Assembly (NCBI GenBank): GCA_934162205.1
Contig: CAKPIA010000008.1
Location: 6,714 to 70,713 of the forward strand
Origin: an uncultured Clostridia bacterium
GTDB taxonomy: Bacteria; Bacillota; Clostridia; TANB77; CAG-508
Length of the DNA stretch: 64,000 nucleotides
Reading direction: 5' to 3'
Shown: positions 20,805-32,400 of the stretch, piece by piece
How the letters are laid out: the number at the start of each line of letters is the position of its first letter
How positions within the stretch are numbered: the first letter of the stretch is position 1
The notes under the pieces: generated by a model
What the model was told of the DNA's origin: nothing
Databases searched by the model: none
Seen by the model: only the letters and a program-made list of their open reading frames with translations
Translations under genes and position numbers: made by a program

Positions 20805-23201
20805 ATGGGATATAACTTTAAAAATATTGAAAAAAAATGGCAAGAATATTGGGATGAACATGAAACTTTTAAGACAGATGTATGGGATTTCTCTAAACCT
20901 AAATATTATGCATTAGATATGTTTCCTTATCCATCAGGACAAGGTCTTCATGTTGGTCATCCTGAAGGATATACCGCAACAGATATATTATCTAGAATGA
21001 AAAGAATGCAAGGATATAATGTATTACACCCAATGGGATGGGATGCTTTTGGTCTTCCTGCAGAACAGTATGCAATAAAAACTGGTAATCATCCAGATGG
21101 ATTTACTAAAAATAATATAAATACTTTTAAAAGACAATTAAAAATGCTTGGTCTTTCATTTGATTGGAGCAAAGAAATTTCTACTTGTGATCCTAGTTAT
21201 TATAAATGGACTCAATGGATTTTTAAACAATTATTTAATGATGGATTAGCAAAATTAGTTGATATGCCAGTTAACTGGTGTGAAGAATTAGGCACAGTTT
21301 TAGCAAATGATGAGATTATTAATGGAAAGAGTGAAAGAGGTGGCTTTCCTGTTGTTCGTAAAAACATGAAACAATGGGTACTAGACATACCAAAATATGC
21401 AGAAACTTTGCTTTCTGGATTAGATGAACTTGACTGGCCTGAATCAACTAAAGAAATTCAACGTAATTGGATAGGAAAATCTGAAGGAGCAGAAGTTAAA
21501 TTCAAAATTGCAGATTCAAATAATTTAGAATTTACTGTATTTACTACAAGACCTGATACCCTATTTGGAGCTACATATTGTGTATTAGCACCAGAACTTG
21601 AATTAGTTGATATAATAACTACACCTGAACAAAAATCTGCTGTAGATGAATACAAAAAAATAGCAGCTTCAAAATCCGACCTAGAAAGAACAGAATTAAA
21701 TAAAACTAAAACAGGTGTATTCACAGGAAGTTATGCTATTAATCCTGTAAATGGTAAAAAGATTCCTATTTGGATATCTGATTATGTTTTATCAACATAT
21801 GGAACTGGATGTATTATGGCAGTCCCAGCACATGATCAAAGAGATTACGAATTTGCCACAAAATTTGGAATTGATATTATTCCAGTATTATCTGGTGGAG
21901 ACATTTCAAAAGAAGCTTTTGTAGGTGATGGAAAACACATTAATTCAGAATTTTTAAATGATTTAGGAAAACAAGATGCTATAAATAAAATGATTAATTG
22001 GCTTGAAGAAAAAGGTATTGGTAAGAAAAAGATTAATTACAAACTTCGTGAATGGATATTTGCTAGACAACGTTATTGGGGTGAACCAATTCCTATAGTT
22101 TATGATAATGATAATAATATGATTGTATTAAAAGATTCTGATTTACCATTAATACTACCTGAACTTGAAGATTACGCACCATCAAAAACTGGATCTTCTC
22201 CTCTTGACAAAGCTACAAATTGGGTAAACACAGTAATTGATGGAAAACAAGTAAGAAGAGAAACAAGTACAATGCCAGGAAGTGCTGGCTCTAGCTGGTA
22301 TTTTTTAAGATATATAGATCCAAACAATAATAATGAAATAGCTGACAAGAAATTATTAGAACATTGGCTTCCAGTAGATATATATATGGGAGGGCCAGAA
22401 CATGCAGTTGGTCACTTATTATATTCTAGATTCTGGAATAATTATTTATACAATAAAGGAGTTGTTCCTGTTAAAGAACCATTTGCTAAATTACGTCATC
22501 AAGGTATGATTTTAGGTAGTAATGGTGAAAAAATGAGCAAATCAAAAGGAAACGTTGTAAACCCTGATGATATGGTTAATCAATATGGTGCAGACAGCTT
22601 AAGAGTTTATGAGATGTTTATGGGACCAATAGATAGCAGTAAGCCTTGGGATCCTAATGGAATTGAGGGTTCTAAAAAATTCTTAGATAAAGTTTGGAGA
22701 TTATATGCAGAATCTAATAAAATTCAAAACAAAGAAAATACTTCCCTTGAGAAAGCATATAATTATACTGTAAAAAAAGTCTCAAACGATTATGAGACAA
22801 TGAATTATAATACTGCTATTAGTCAAATGATGATATTTATAAATACTATAAACAAAGAAAATGTATTTCCTAAAGAATACGCAGAAGGATTTTTAAAATT
22901 ATTAAATCCTGTTGCACCACATATTACAGAAGAACTTTGGAACACAGTTCTTGGTCACTCTAATACAATTGCATATGAAAAATGGCCAACATATGATGAA
23001 TCAAAAACTATAAATGATACATTTAATTTACCTATTCAAGTTAATGGAAAATTAAGAAATTCTATAGATATAGAATTTGATTTGCCAGAAGAAGAAGTAA
23101 AAAAATTAGTTCATGAAAAAATGGATGAATATTTAAAAGATAAAAATATTGTAAAAGAAATTTATGTAAAAAATAGAATTTATAATATAGTTGTAAAATA
23201 A
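20805..23201 (+). CDS. leuS: Leucine--tRNA ligase
   Basis: 798 aa, class I aaRS with a HIGH-type motif (HVGHPEGY) and KMSKS. Confidence 0.95.
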   Translation: MGYNFKNIEKKWQEYWDEHETFKTDVWDFSKPKYYALDMFPYPSGQGLHVGHPEGYTATDILSRMKRMQGYNVLHPMGWDAFGLPAEQYAIKTGNHPDGFTKNNINTFKRQLKMLGLSFDWSKEISTCDPSYYKWTQWIFKQLFNDGLAKLVDMPVNWCEELGTVLANDEIINGKSERGGFPVVRKNMKQWVLDIPKYAETLLSGLDELDWPESTKEIQRNWIGKSEGAEVKFKIADSNNLEFTVFTTRPDTLFGATYCVLAPELELVDIITTPEQKSAVDEYKKIAASKSDLERTELNKTKTGVFTGSYAINPVNGKKIPIWISDYVLSTYGTGCIMAVPAHDQRDYEFATKFGIDIIPVLSGGDISKEAFVGDGKHINSEFLNDLGKQDAINKMINWLEEKGIGKKKINYKLREWIFARQRYWGEPIPIVYDNDNNMIVLKDSDLPLILPELEDYAPSKTGSSPLDKATNWVNTVIDGKQVRRETSTMPGSAGSSWYFLRYIDPNNNNEIADKKLLEHWLPVDIYMGGPEHAVGHLLYSRFWNNYLYNKGVVPVKEPFAKLRHQGMILGSNGEKMSKSKGNVVNPDDMVNQYGADSLRVYEMFMGPIDSSKPWDPNGIEGSKKFLDKVWRLYAESNKIQNKENTSLEKAYNYTVKKVSNDYETMNYNTAISQMMIFINTINKENVFPKEYAEGFLKLLNPVAPHITEELWNTVLGHSNTIAYEKWPTYDESKTINDTFNLPIQVNGKLRNSIDIEFDLPEEEVKKLVHEKMDEYLKDKNIVKEIYVKNRIYNIVVK

Positions 23202-23208
23202 GAACGCA

Positions 23209-23240
23209 AAAAGCTAGTAACATTAAAGTTACTAGCTTTT
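23209..23240. terminator. Bidirectional terminator between leuS and the AlgJ-like gene
   Basis: 13-bp perfect stem (aaaagctagtaac / gttactagctttt) with a 6-nt loop. Confidence 0.7.
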
Positions 23241-24330
23241 AATTAATATTTACTAAATCTTTTCCTATTTGATATGATGACCTTTCAACAGCTTCTATTA
23301 CAACTATATCTGGTTTTATTTTCTCAATTAAATCATATGTGTATTTATCTCTGTGTAGATATACTACCCTTTTATATAATTTTGAAAAAGTAGGCTTCAT
23401 ATTTGTTCTAAAAGAATCTCCTATAAACATTACTGTTTGATTATTTTGTGAGTTAGAAATATATTCTTCATATACATCATTTTTGTCTTCTTTGTATTCT
23501 ATATTATCATAAAAATTTTTAATATTAGTCTTATTTTCAAATAATTTATCTTGTAAATTTATAAATGTAGAAAGATCTCTTTTATCTATTTCGTCTGTTT
23601 TTTCAAATTCTATATTATTAACATCATAATCAAAATTGTTATTAATTTCTTTTTGGAGACTTACAGTTCCTATTAATGCTCCTATTGTATTCCAATGAGT
23701 GTCATATTTTCTATATAACTGATATTTATCTTTTATATTTAATAAATTTTCTTTTGGATACACTACGTTAATATTTGAGTTTTTTTTCACATAACTTATA
23801 AGTTCTTCTGTTGCTGTATTTTCTGCCTTTTTTATAGATTTAGGCAATTTTTCTGAATATATATTTTCTTTATCTGGAGCAATCATAACATAAGTTTTTA
23901 TATTTTGTTCTTTAAACTTATTAATATTATTTTTTAATGTGTTTAATATATTTTCTTTTTCATCTTCTGTATATTTTTGTGAAGCTGTTAGTTTTTCTAT
24001 TGTATTATCTCCTCTATAAAAAAGCCATCCGTCTTTTCCTATAATTACACTGCTATCTATAGATGTATTAAATAACTTATAATTTATTGAAGACCAATAT
24101 TTTCTTAAATTATTCCTAAATGGTAAATGATCATTATAATAATCATCAAATTGTTTTGGATAATCTACAATATTTGATAATTCAAATTTAGGTTTACTTT
24201 TTAGTACTCTATTTTCTGTATTTGAAACCTCTTCATTATTACCAAATATCCAAAACAAAAGCTGTGGTAAAAAAATTATTAATAAAAAGACTATAATTAT
24301 AATAATATTTGCTGTTTTGTTTTTCTTCAA
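23239..24330 (-). CDS. AlgX/AlgJ-like SGNH-type (DHHW-family-like) O-acetylation partner protein
   Basis: 363 aa with an N-terminal TM anchor and YYNDHLPFRN and YDTHWN motifs. It lies immediately downstream of an MBOAT gene. Confidence 0.6.
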   Translation of the reverse strand: MKKNKTANIIIIIVFLLIIFLPQLLFWIFGNNEEVSNTENRVLKSKPKFELSNIVDYPKQFDDYYNDHLPFRNNLRKYWSSINYKLFNTSIDSSVIIGKDGWLFYRGDNTIEKLTASQKYTEDEKENILNTLKNNINKFKEQNIKTYVMIAPDKENIYSEKLPKSIKKAENTATEELISYVKKNSNINVVYPKENLLNIKDKYQLYRKYDTHWNTIGALIGTVSLQKEINNNFDYDVNNIEFEKTDEIDKRDLSTFINLQDKLFENKTNIKNFYDNIEYKEDKNDVYEEYISNSQNNQTVMFIGDSFRTNMKPTFSKLYKRVVYLHRDKYTYDLIEKIKPDIVVIEAVERSSYQIGKDLVNIN

Positions 24331-24342
24331 TTAAACCTCTCC

Positions 24343-25758
24343 TTAAAATCTAAAATAAATAAATGGATTATATGTATTACTTGCTAACATCATTATGCTT
24401 ATAAACATTAATAAACATATAACAATAACTTCAAAATATCTATGGTATATTTCTTTTATTTTTTCTCTGTTTTTTAATTTACTAAAAATAGTCTGTAAAA
24501 TTCCTGAGAATAGTATAACAACAATAATCATCATTATATTTCTATTATTTATTATTAAGCTTGTATCAAAATTAACTAATTGTTTTGATGGGCTAATCAT
24601 AATTTTCATATATTGCAATGCGGATTTTAAAGTATCTGCTCTAAATAATACCCATCCAAAAATAATTACTAATAATGCATATATGTGGTTTACAAATTTT
24701 AGTTTATTTTTATCTAATAATTCTTTTAATTTTATTCTTTCAATAACTAAAAAGAATCCATTAAATAATCCCCAAATAACAAAGTTCCATGAAGCTCCAT
24801 GCCATATTCCTGTTGATAAAAATACTATTAATAAGTTTATATATGTTCTAATTTTTCCTTTTCTATTTCCTCCAAGTGGAATATATAAATATTCTTTAAA
24901 CCATGTTGATAAAGATATATGCCATCTTCTCCAAAATTCTGTAATTGACTCAGAAATATATGGTAAGTTAAAGTTTTCCATAAATTCAAATCCAAACATT
25001 TTGCCTAATCCAATTGCCATATCACTATATCCTGAGAAATCAAAATAAATTTGCAATGTATAGCATATTGCTCCAAGCCATGCTATTGGCATATTTAAAA
25101 ATTCTATATTAGAATTAAAAATTGTATCTACAATATAAGCTAATGTATTTGCAAATATTACTTTTTTAGCTAACCCATATACAAACCTTTTTATTCCATT
25201 CGAAAATTTTTCTATAGTTACAGTTCTTTTTTGTAATTGCTCATCAATATCTTTATATTTTACAATTGGTCCTGCTATTAACTGAGGGAAAAATGATATA
25301 TATAATGCTAAATTTAATAAGTTTTTTTGAACTTTTATATTTCCTCTATATAAATCAATTATATATGACATTATTTGAAATGTGTAAAATGAAATTCCTA
25401 TTGGTAATACTATATTTTTATTTGGTATAACATTATGTCCTATAATGTTATCAATATTTGTTGCAATAAAATTAAAATATTTAAAATAAACTAATAATCC
25501 TAAATTAAATATAATTGAAAAAATTAACACAATTGTTTTATTTTTCTTTTTATTACATTTATCTAAGATTCTTCCAAATATATAATTTACTAATATAGAA
25601 ATAAGCATTAATATGATATATTTAGGCTCTCCCCAACTATAAAATATCAAACTAAATATAAGTAATATAATATTTCTATATTTTTCTTTTGATATATAAT
25701 AAACAAATAACAATATTGGTAAAAAAATCCATATAAATGTCATTGAACTAAAAAGCAT
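24343..25758 (-). CDS. MBOAT-family membrane O-acyltransferase (AlgI/DltB-like)
   Basis: 471 aa, polytopic. Carries the conserved MBOAT region (FWRRWHISLSTWFKEYLYIPLGGNR). Confidence 0.85.
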   Translation of the reverse strand: MLFSSMTFIWIFLPILLFVYYISKEKYRNIILLIFSLIFYSWGEPKYIILMLISILVNYIFGRILDKCNKKKNKTIVLIFSIIFNLGLLVYFKYFNFIATNIDNIIGHNVIPNKNIVLPIGISFYTFQIMSYIIDLYRGNIKVQKNLLNLALYISFFPQLIAGPIVKYKDIDEQLQKRTVTIEKFSNGIKRFVYGLAKKVIFANTLAYIVDTIFNSNIEFLNMPIAWLGAICYTLQIYFDFSGYSDMAIGLGKMFGFEFMENFNLPYISESITEFWRRWHISLSTWFKEYLYIPLGGNRKGKIRTYINLLIVFLSTGIWHGASWNFVIWGLFNGFFLVIERIKLKELLDKNKLKFVNHIYALLVIIFGWVLFRADTLKSALQYMKIMISPSKQLVNFDTSLIINNRNIMMIIVVILFSGILQTIFSKLKNREKIKEIYHRYFEVIVICLLMFISIMMLASNTYNPFIYFRF

Positions 25759-25823
25759 TATTTTCCTCCATTTTTATAAAAACGTTTTATTTTTCTTGTG
25801 ATAATTATATAAACAATTTAATT

Positions 25824-25844
25824 TTGTAACACAATTGTAACACA
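25824..25844. repeat. Tandem direct repeat TTGTAACACA x2 (period 11) in a divergent promoter region
   Basis: ttgtaacaca-a-ttgtaacaca, read directly from the sequence. Candidate operator. Confidence 0.4.
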
Positions 25845-25917
25845 TATTTAATAATAATGAAATGTATTTTTTTGTTTTATATTGTATAATAGTTGTGATA
25901 AACAAAGGAGTAATGTA

Positions 25918-27033
25918 ATGAGTATTGAATCAGAATTAAAAAAAGATGGAATTGAAGTAACTGAAAAATTAGATACATTAACTGTAAATACAATTGCTAA
26001 GAGCATTGCACATAGGCTATGTTCTACTTTTCCTGAGTTTAACTTAAATGAACAAGATTTATTTATAAAATTATCAAGAATAAATATGTATAGAGCTAAA
26101 GTTCCAAATGGTATGTCTGAAGCTAATTATTTTTATAAAAATTCTTCAATATATTTTAATCAAGAAATACCAAACGAGGACTTAGAAGAATTTGCTATAC
26201 ATGAGTGTATACATTATTTACAAGAAAAAAAAGATAATAAAAACAATCTTTTAAAATTAGGTCAATGTAATTTTGCAGAATTTAAAGCATATGGTATGGG
26301 ATTAAATGAAGCTGCTGTTCAACTTATGACATCAAAAATTCTTGGTATACCAAACGATTCTGTTAAATATTACGGAATTGAATTTTCAACTACTAGTCCT
26401 TCTTACTATCCAATGGAATGTGCATTAGTTGCACAAATGGCATTTTTGACTGGAACTACTGTGCTTTATGAGAGTACACTTTTTAGTACAGATAAATTCA
26501 AAGAGGCATTCAGTTCTTTAACATCAGAAAAAGTATTTTTAGCAATTCAAAATGCTATTGATACAATTTTATATGCAGAAGAAAATATCATTAAGTTAAA
26601 TAACAAACTTCAAGAAATAGATGATAGAAATAAAAAAACAGATAATATTATTAAAAAGATTGGTGTAGAAAAGAAAAAAATATCTTTAACATTTATGAGA
26701 ACTCAAAATCTAATTATATCTAGTTATTTTGATACTGAATTTAATAAAATATATAGTTTGGAAAAATTAGAAAACTATAGAAAAAAATTAAGTGAATTTA
26801 AAAAATATTTAGGAATAGCTGAAGGTTATACTTTCTATAACGAATACTATTTTAATAAAATGACAGATTTAGAAAAAAAATATAATGCATTAGAAAATGG
26901 TGGTTTGGAAACTGCACTTTACAGCATTGCTAAAAAAGAAAATAAATTTATAACTTTGTTAAAGGCTATTAAAAAATTATTTAGTAAATCTGCAACAAAT
27001 GATGAATATGATTATATACAAAACAGAAAATAA
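25918..27033 (+). CDS. Hypothetical protein with an HExxH motif (possible metallopeptidase-like)
   Basis: Start at the ATG at 25918, which has an AAAGGAG SD. FAIHECIHYLQ contains HExxH. The C-terminal half is coiled-coil-like. Confidence 0.55.
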   Translation: MSIESELKKDGIEVTEKLDTLTVNTIAKSIAHRLCSTFPEFNLNEQDLFIKLSRINMYRAKVPNGMSEANYFYKNSSIYFNQEIPNEDLEEFAIHECIHYLQEKKDNKNNLLKLGQCNFAEFKAYGMGLNEAAVQLMTSKILGIPNDSVKYYGIEFSTTSPSYYPMECALVAQMAFLTGTTVLYESTLFSTDKFKEAFSSLTSEKVFLAIQNAIDTILYAEENIIKLNNKLQEIDDRNKKTDNIIKKIGVEKKKISLTFMRTQNLIISSYFDTEFNKIYSLEKLENYRKKLSEFKKYLGIAEGYTFYNEYYFNKMTDLEKKYNALENGGLETALYSIAKKENKFITLLKAIKKLFSKSATNDEYDYIQNRK

Positions 27034-27039
27034 ATGAAC

Positions 27040-27606
27040 CTAAGATATCTTAGATTCATTTATTTTTTCTTCTAATACTAATTTTAAATCTTTTATAAAA
27101 TCTATTTTTTTATTTTCATCTCTTAATAGTGCTGCAGGATGCCATGTTGGCATATATTTTATGCCCTTTTTTTCTACCCATTTTCCCCTACTTGCAGTAA
27201 TTCCATATTCTTTGCCAAGTATATTTTTTAGAGCTACACTTCCAAGTAGTACGATTATTTTAGGTTTTACTAATATTACTTGATTTCTTAAATAATTCAA
27301 ACAAGCTCCAGCTTCATCTTCTTCTGGATTTCTATTTGATGGTGGTCTGCACTTTACTACATTTGCTATATATACTTCTTCTCTTTTTATTCCTAATGCT
27401 TCAAATGCCATATTCATTAATTTACCCGCTTTTCCAACAAAAGGTTCTCCTTGTGCATCCTCATCTGCTCCAGGTCCTTCTCCAATAAACATTATATCTG
27501 CATTTTTATTTCCGGTTCCAAATACTATATTAGTTCTTGTTTTGCATAATTTACATTTATTACAATTTTTTATTGAGTTTTCTAATTCTTCCCATGTTTC
27601 AAACAT
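27040..27606 (-). CDS. Uracil-DNA glycosylase, family 4
   Basis: 188 aa with N-terminal Cys residues (CNKCKLC) and GEGPGADEDAQGEPFVGKAGKL. Confidence 0.85.
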   Translation of the reverse strand: MFETWEELENSIKNCNKCKLCKTRTNIVFGTGNKNADIMFIGEGPGADEDAQGEPFVGKAGKLMNMAFEALGIKREEVYIANVVKCRPPSNRNPEEDEAGACLNYLRNQVILVKPKIIVLLGSVALKNILGKEYGITASRGKWVEKKGIKYMPTWHPAALLRDENKKIDFIKDLKLVLEEKINESKIS

Positions 27607-27618
27607 TTTAATTCCTTC

Positions 27619-28539
27619 TTACTTTACACATTTTTCTAATAATTCTATTTTTACTTCTTTTGTTGTATCTATTCTTGCTTTTATTCCTATAGGAATAACT
27701 GTTTTGGTTTCTATATGTCCAAAATTGTTAGATTTTATAATTGGAAAATTATAATCATCTCCGATTACATCTAATAATATTTTTTCTAGTTCAATATTAC
27801 TTTCATGCTCATAATTTCCTAGCCATAAACCTTTTATTTTGTCAAATACACCATTTTGTTTCATATAATATAAATTATTACTAACAAGAACTGGAGAAGA
27901 TTCAAATCCTAATTCTTCTATAAATAAGATTTTATCTTTAAAATTTATTTTATATTTACCAGAGACTAATTGAGTAGTTAAACTTAAATTACCACCTACT
28001 AGTTCTCCTTCTGCAATTCCTTCTCTTATAGTTTTATATCTAGATTCTTCTTTTCCAAACTCTAAACTGCAATTAACAAATCTATTAATTGCTTCTTTGT
28101 AACTATAATCTGTTTCATCTGTGGCAATTGTTTTAAAATTTGTTGCACTAAAAGTTACTAGTCCTGTTTTTTCATGAATAATATTTGTAAGTGATGTTAT
28201 ATCACTATAACCACATATTATTTTAGGATTTTGCTTTATTAATTCAAAATCTAAATATTCAAAAACAGAATTAGAATTATTTCCTCCTTTTGCACACCAA
28301 ATCATTTTTACATCTTTATTTCTAAACATGTCATTTATATCGTCTGCTTTTTCTTTGGCAGTAGCTGTATATTGATTTGTATTTGAAAATAAATTTTTGG
28401 AAAACAATACTCTAAATTCATCATTTTCTACAATCTCTTTTGCTTTTTTAACTTCTTCTATATTTTCATCTATCACTGGATTTGATGGAGCTACTACTCC
28501 TATTATATCTCCTCTTTTTAGTCTTTTTGGTAATATCAT
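27619..28539 (-). CDS. ldcA: LD-carboxypeptidase (peptidase S66, muramoyltetrapeptide carboxypeptidase)
   Basis: 306 aa with GDIIGVVAPSNP at the N-terminus and the GYSDITSL nucleophile region. Confidence 0.8.
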   Translation of the reverse strand: MILPKRLKRGDIIGVVAPSNPVIDENIEEVKKAKEIVENDEFRVLFSKNLFSNTNQYTATAKEKADDINDMFRNKDVKMIWCAKGGNNSNSVFEYLDFELIKQNPKIICGYSDITSLTNIIHEKTGLVTFSATNFKTIATDETDYSYKEAINRFVNCSLEFGKEESRYKTIREGIAEGELVGGNLSLTTQLVSGKYKINFKDKILFIEELGFESSPVLVSNNLYYMKQNGVFDKIKGLWLGNYEHESNIELEKILLDVIGDDYNFPIIKSNNFGHIETKTVIPIGIKARIDTTKEVKIELLEKCVK

Positions 28540-28555
28540 AAAAATCTCCTTTATA

Positions 28556-29395
28556 TTATTTTAATTCTATTAATGCTGTTGCTAAACCATATCCTTCTTT
28601 TTCTACTCTAAAAGAGTGAATTATATCAGAGTTACATACACTACAAATTCCACAATCTATAATATTTTCATCTTTTAGTCCCTGCTCTTTTAAAATTACT
28701 CTATTAATTAAAACAGTATCTATATTCCATTTATTTTCTTTTTCTGATTTTTCTATAATTTCATTAATTTCTTCTAAATCTTTAAATTCATTATAAAACA
28801 TATCTTTTACATCTTCTTCAACTTCAAAATGGCATTTTCTTATACTTGGTGCAACACAACAAATAATATTTTCTGGTTTGCAATTAAATTCTTCTTTCAT
28901 TTTTTTAACCGCTTCAACAGATATTCTTTGTAATGTTCCTCTCCAACCTGAATGAACATTTGCAATAACTTTATTTACTGGGTCAAAAAACAATAACAAT
29001 ATACAATCAGCATTTGTAGTTGCTAATATTAAATTTTTCTTATCTGTTACAAGTCCATCTGTTTGATTGTATTTTTCCACTCCAAAATCAGGTTCATTTT
29101 CATTTACTTTTTTATCTACATATTTTACATTTTTAGTATGAGCCTGATTTGTTTTTACAATATCTATATAGTTTGTATCTATGCTATCACATAAATTCTT
29201 ATAATCATTTATTGCTTTATCATATTCTTCCTTTGGAAGAGGTTCTTTATTTGCTCTTGCTGTTCTAAAATTTGTATTTATTCCTAAACTATAAGCATGT
29301 TTTAAAATATCTTTATATTCTAACAATTTTCTAAATTGTAAATACTCAATTCCATCTTTTTTTACATGAATAACATTTTCATTTGATAACTCCAT
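28556..29395 (-). CDS. pgeF: Peptidoglycan editing factor PgeF (YfiH/laccase-domain family)
   Basis: 279 aa with ADC and HSGWRGT motifs typical of the family. Confidence 0.8.
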   Translation of the reverse strand: MELSNENVIHVKKDGIEYLQFRKLLEYKDILKHAYSLGINTNFRTARANKEPLPKEEYDKAINDYKNLCDSIDTNYIDIVKTNQAHTKNVKYVDKKVNENEPDFGVEKYNQTDGLVTDKKNLILATTNADCILLLFFDPVNKVIANVHSGWRGTLQRISVEAVKKMKEEFNCKPENIICCVAPSIRKCHFEVEEDVKDMFYNEFKDLEEINEIIEKSEKENKWNIDTVLINRVILKEQGLKDENIIDCGICSVCNSDIIHSFRVEKEGYGLATALIELK

Positions 29396-29404
29396 AGCTA
29401 CCTC

Positions 29405-32400
29405 CTATTTACTAACTTTTTTCTTTATATCTTTCATAACATCATCCTTTGTTCTTTTATCTATGTAATTGTATTTATTATTACAAAATCCTGGGTTAAA
29501 AGAACATATTGCTTTATAATGACAATAATCACAAGGTTTTACTCCATCTTTATTATATGGTTTTAGATCTATTTTTCCAGAATATATCTCTTTAGCAATT
29601 TGCTTTATTGTATAATTCATATATTTTTGTAAATCTTCAAATTCTTCTTTAGTCACTCCATTTGTCCTTTTAGGACTTACATTACCCGATTTATCTATAT
29701 ATGCTGGAACTAAATTTGAAGCACCTGTATCTAATTTTTTATCATGCATTTTTATTACTTTTACATCAGCCAAAATTAAACCTTTCATTTTAAAATTAGA
29801 TTTGATTTTTTCTTCTATTTCTTCTTCTGTCATCTTCTTATCTGCTTTTATTATTTGTTCTAATAAACTAAAATACAAAATTCCAGCAGGCATCAAATCT
29901 TCTACTTTGCAAACAGCATCCATATATGTAAGTAATTGAATTTGCAAACCTGCATATACTTCGTTTAAGTCTATATTTTTAGCAGATGATTTATAATCTA
30001 TTATCCTTAAATAATTTCCATCTGTACCTTTTGCAATATCAATTCTATCTATTTTGCCTGTTATCTCTACTTTTTTGCCATCATCTAGCTCTAACAAAAT
30101 TGGTTTGTATTTCCCTTTTTCTCCAAATTCTAATTCTGTACCTAAAACATTAAAATCACTTTCATTTAATGTTTGTAAAATATATTTCATTGCTTTTGTT
30201 AAGATTCTTTTTAATCTAATAACTAATGTTTTATACTTAGCAGTAGATGTAAATATATAATTTTTAGACAGTTGTAATTTTTCTTTAACTATTTTATCTA
30301 TTATATTTTTTATATCTTCATCTGTTAATTCATTTAAATCCAATTTTGAGTCTTTTGTATATGTAAAAAACTCATCTATTACTTCATGCATAAATGTTCC
30401 TGTATTTAAACTTTGAATTTTTAATTCTTCTTTTTCTTTTAAATTTAATCCATATTTTAGATAATAAGAAAATGGACACTTTCTATATTGTTCTAGTTTA
30501 GATATGCTTGTTTTTAAATTATTTCCATATAATTTATTTATATTTTCTTCATTTATATCTTCTGGCATATTTGTATATTGCAATCCTCTTAAATCTTCTT
30601 GCAATTTAATATTATATTCTTTATCTTTTTTATAATACTGATAAATTTCATACCAAACGTCATCAATGTTTTGCTCTGTTTTTAACTGATATATATTTGC
30701 TAAAAGATCTTCATATGTTTGTTTTTTATTTATAATTTCATATTCTTTATATATAACATCACTTTTTTCCTGTATTTTAGGGAATATTTTTTTAACCTTT
30801 GTTATTAAAACTGACGGTCTTAAAGATTTTCCTTCTAAATCTGATGATGTATATGACAAATAAATTTTTTCTTCTGCTGTTGTAAATGTTTTGTATATAT
30901 TAAAATTATCTTCGTATAATATTTCTAATGTAGTCTTTGCAAGTTCTATTCCATCTTGTTTTAATTTTTGTCTGTCTTTGTCATTTAAAAATCCTTCATC
31001 TCTTTTTACGTTTTGAAAAACTCCATCATTTAATCCTATAATAAATGTAGCCTTTACCTTATGACTTCTTGACCTATCTACATCTCCTACAATTATCTGA
31101 TCTTGTACTTCTGGTATTTTGCCTAATTCACTATTTTTTAAACCTATTTTAAAAATCTGGATAAATTTATCTATTGTTATTTTATCATCTTTAAATACAA
31201 TAACCATATCATCTAATATATTTATTATTATATTTAGTGTTAAAGCATATTCGTTTGCATATTCTAATAAATTATTATCTTCAAATTCAAAAATTTTTTG
31301 CTTAACTTTTTCTTCTATATTTTGTTCAAGTAGAAAATTATATATTTGCATACAAATATTTTTTACTGTTTTTTCTTTATCTATATTTTCTTTTAGCTTG
31401 TCTAATGGTTTTACTATTTGTTTTCTTAAACTATTTAAATTATCTATTTCTTCCTTATCTTGTTCTTTATCGTATCCATATATAAAATCTTTATGCCATT
31501 TATTTTTTTGAATTCCATATTTAATACAGTAATTTTCTAATTCAAATATTTTATCTTGGTCTATATCTAAAAATCCAGATTTTATATAATTAAACATTGC
31601 TTTATATGACCAATTTTTTGAAAATATATCCAACACGGATAATATATATTTTACAATTATATTTTGGTTTAAATCTTTTTTTTCATCAATAAATACAGGT
31701 ATATCAAATTTACTAAATATCGCTTTTATTAAATTTGAATATGTATCTATATTTTTAGTAATAACTGATATATCTTTATATCTATATTCTTCATTTTTTA
31801 CTAATTTTACTATATTTCTAGCAACTTCTTCTATCTCTGTGTATGGATCCTTTGCTAAAAATAATTGTATATTTTTTATCTCATTTTCATATTTTTTATA
31901 ATTATTTTTATATAAATTATCTTCCAAATGTTTTAACTCTGGTGTTTTAAATCTTTTGGTTTCATTTAGATTAATTTTTTCTACTTCTATATTTTCAATT
32001 TCTGCAATTTCTAGTAATTTTGACATTGTTATTTTATTTGTATAATATATATCTGTTTCTGAAATAGTATTAAAATCTAAATTATTTGAACCGATAGTTA
32101 TATTTACCTGTTTTGCAATTTTCATTAATTTTTGTATAATGTCATATTCTTGGCTTGTAAACCCAGAAAATTCATCTATATAAATACAACTATCTTTAAA
32201 CATATCTGTTTTGTCTATCTTTTCTGTAAGCATTGTTAATAAATCTGTTTCATCAATATATTTATTTTCAATATGTTCTTGAAATTTTTGGTATACTAAA
32301 TTTATATCTTCAAGCTTTGTTTTTAAATATGTATCATCTATATCATCAATTTCATTTTGTAATATTTCTTTATTAACTCCATGTTTTTTTAATTCAGTTA

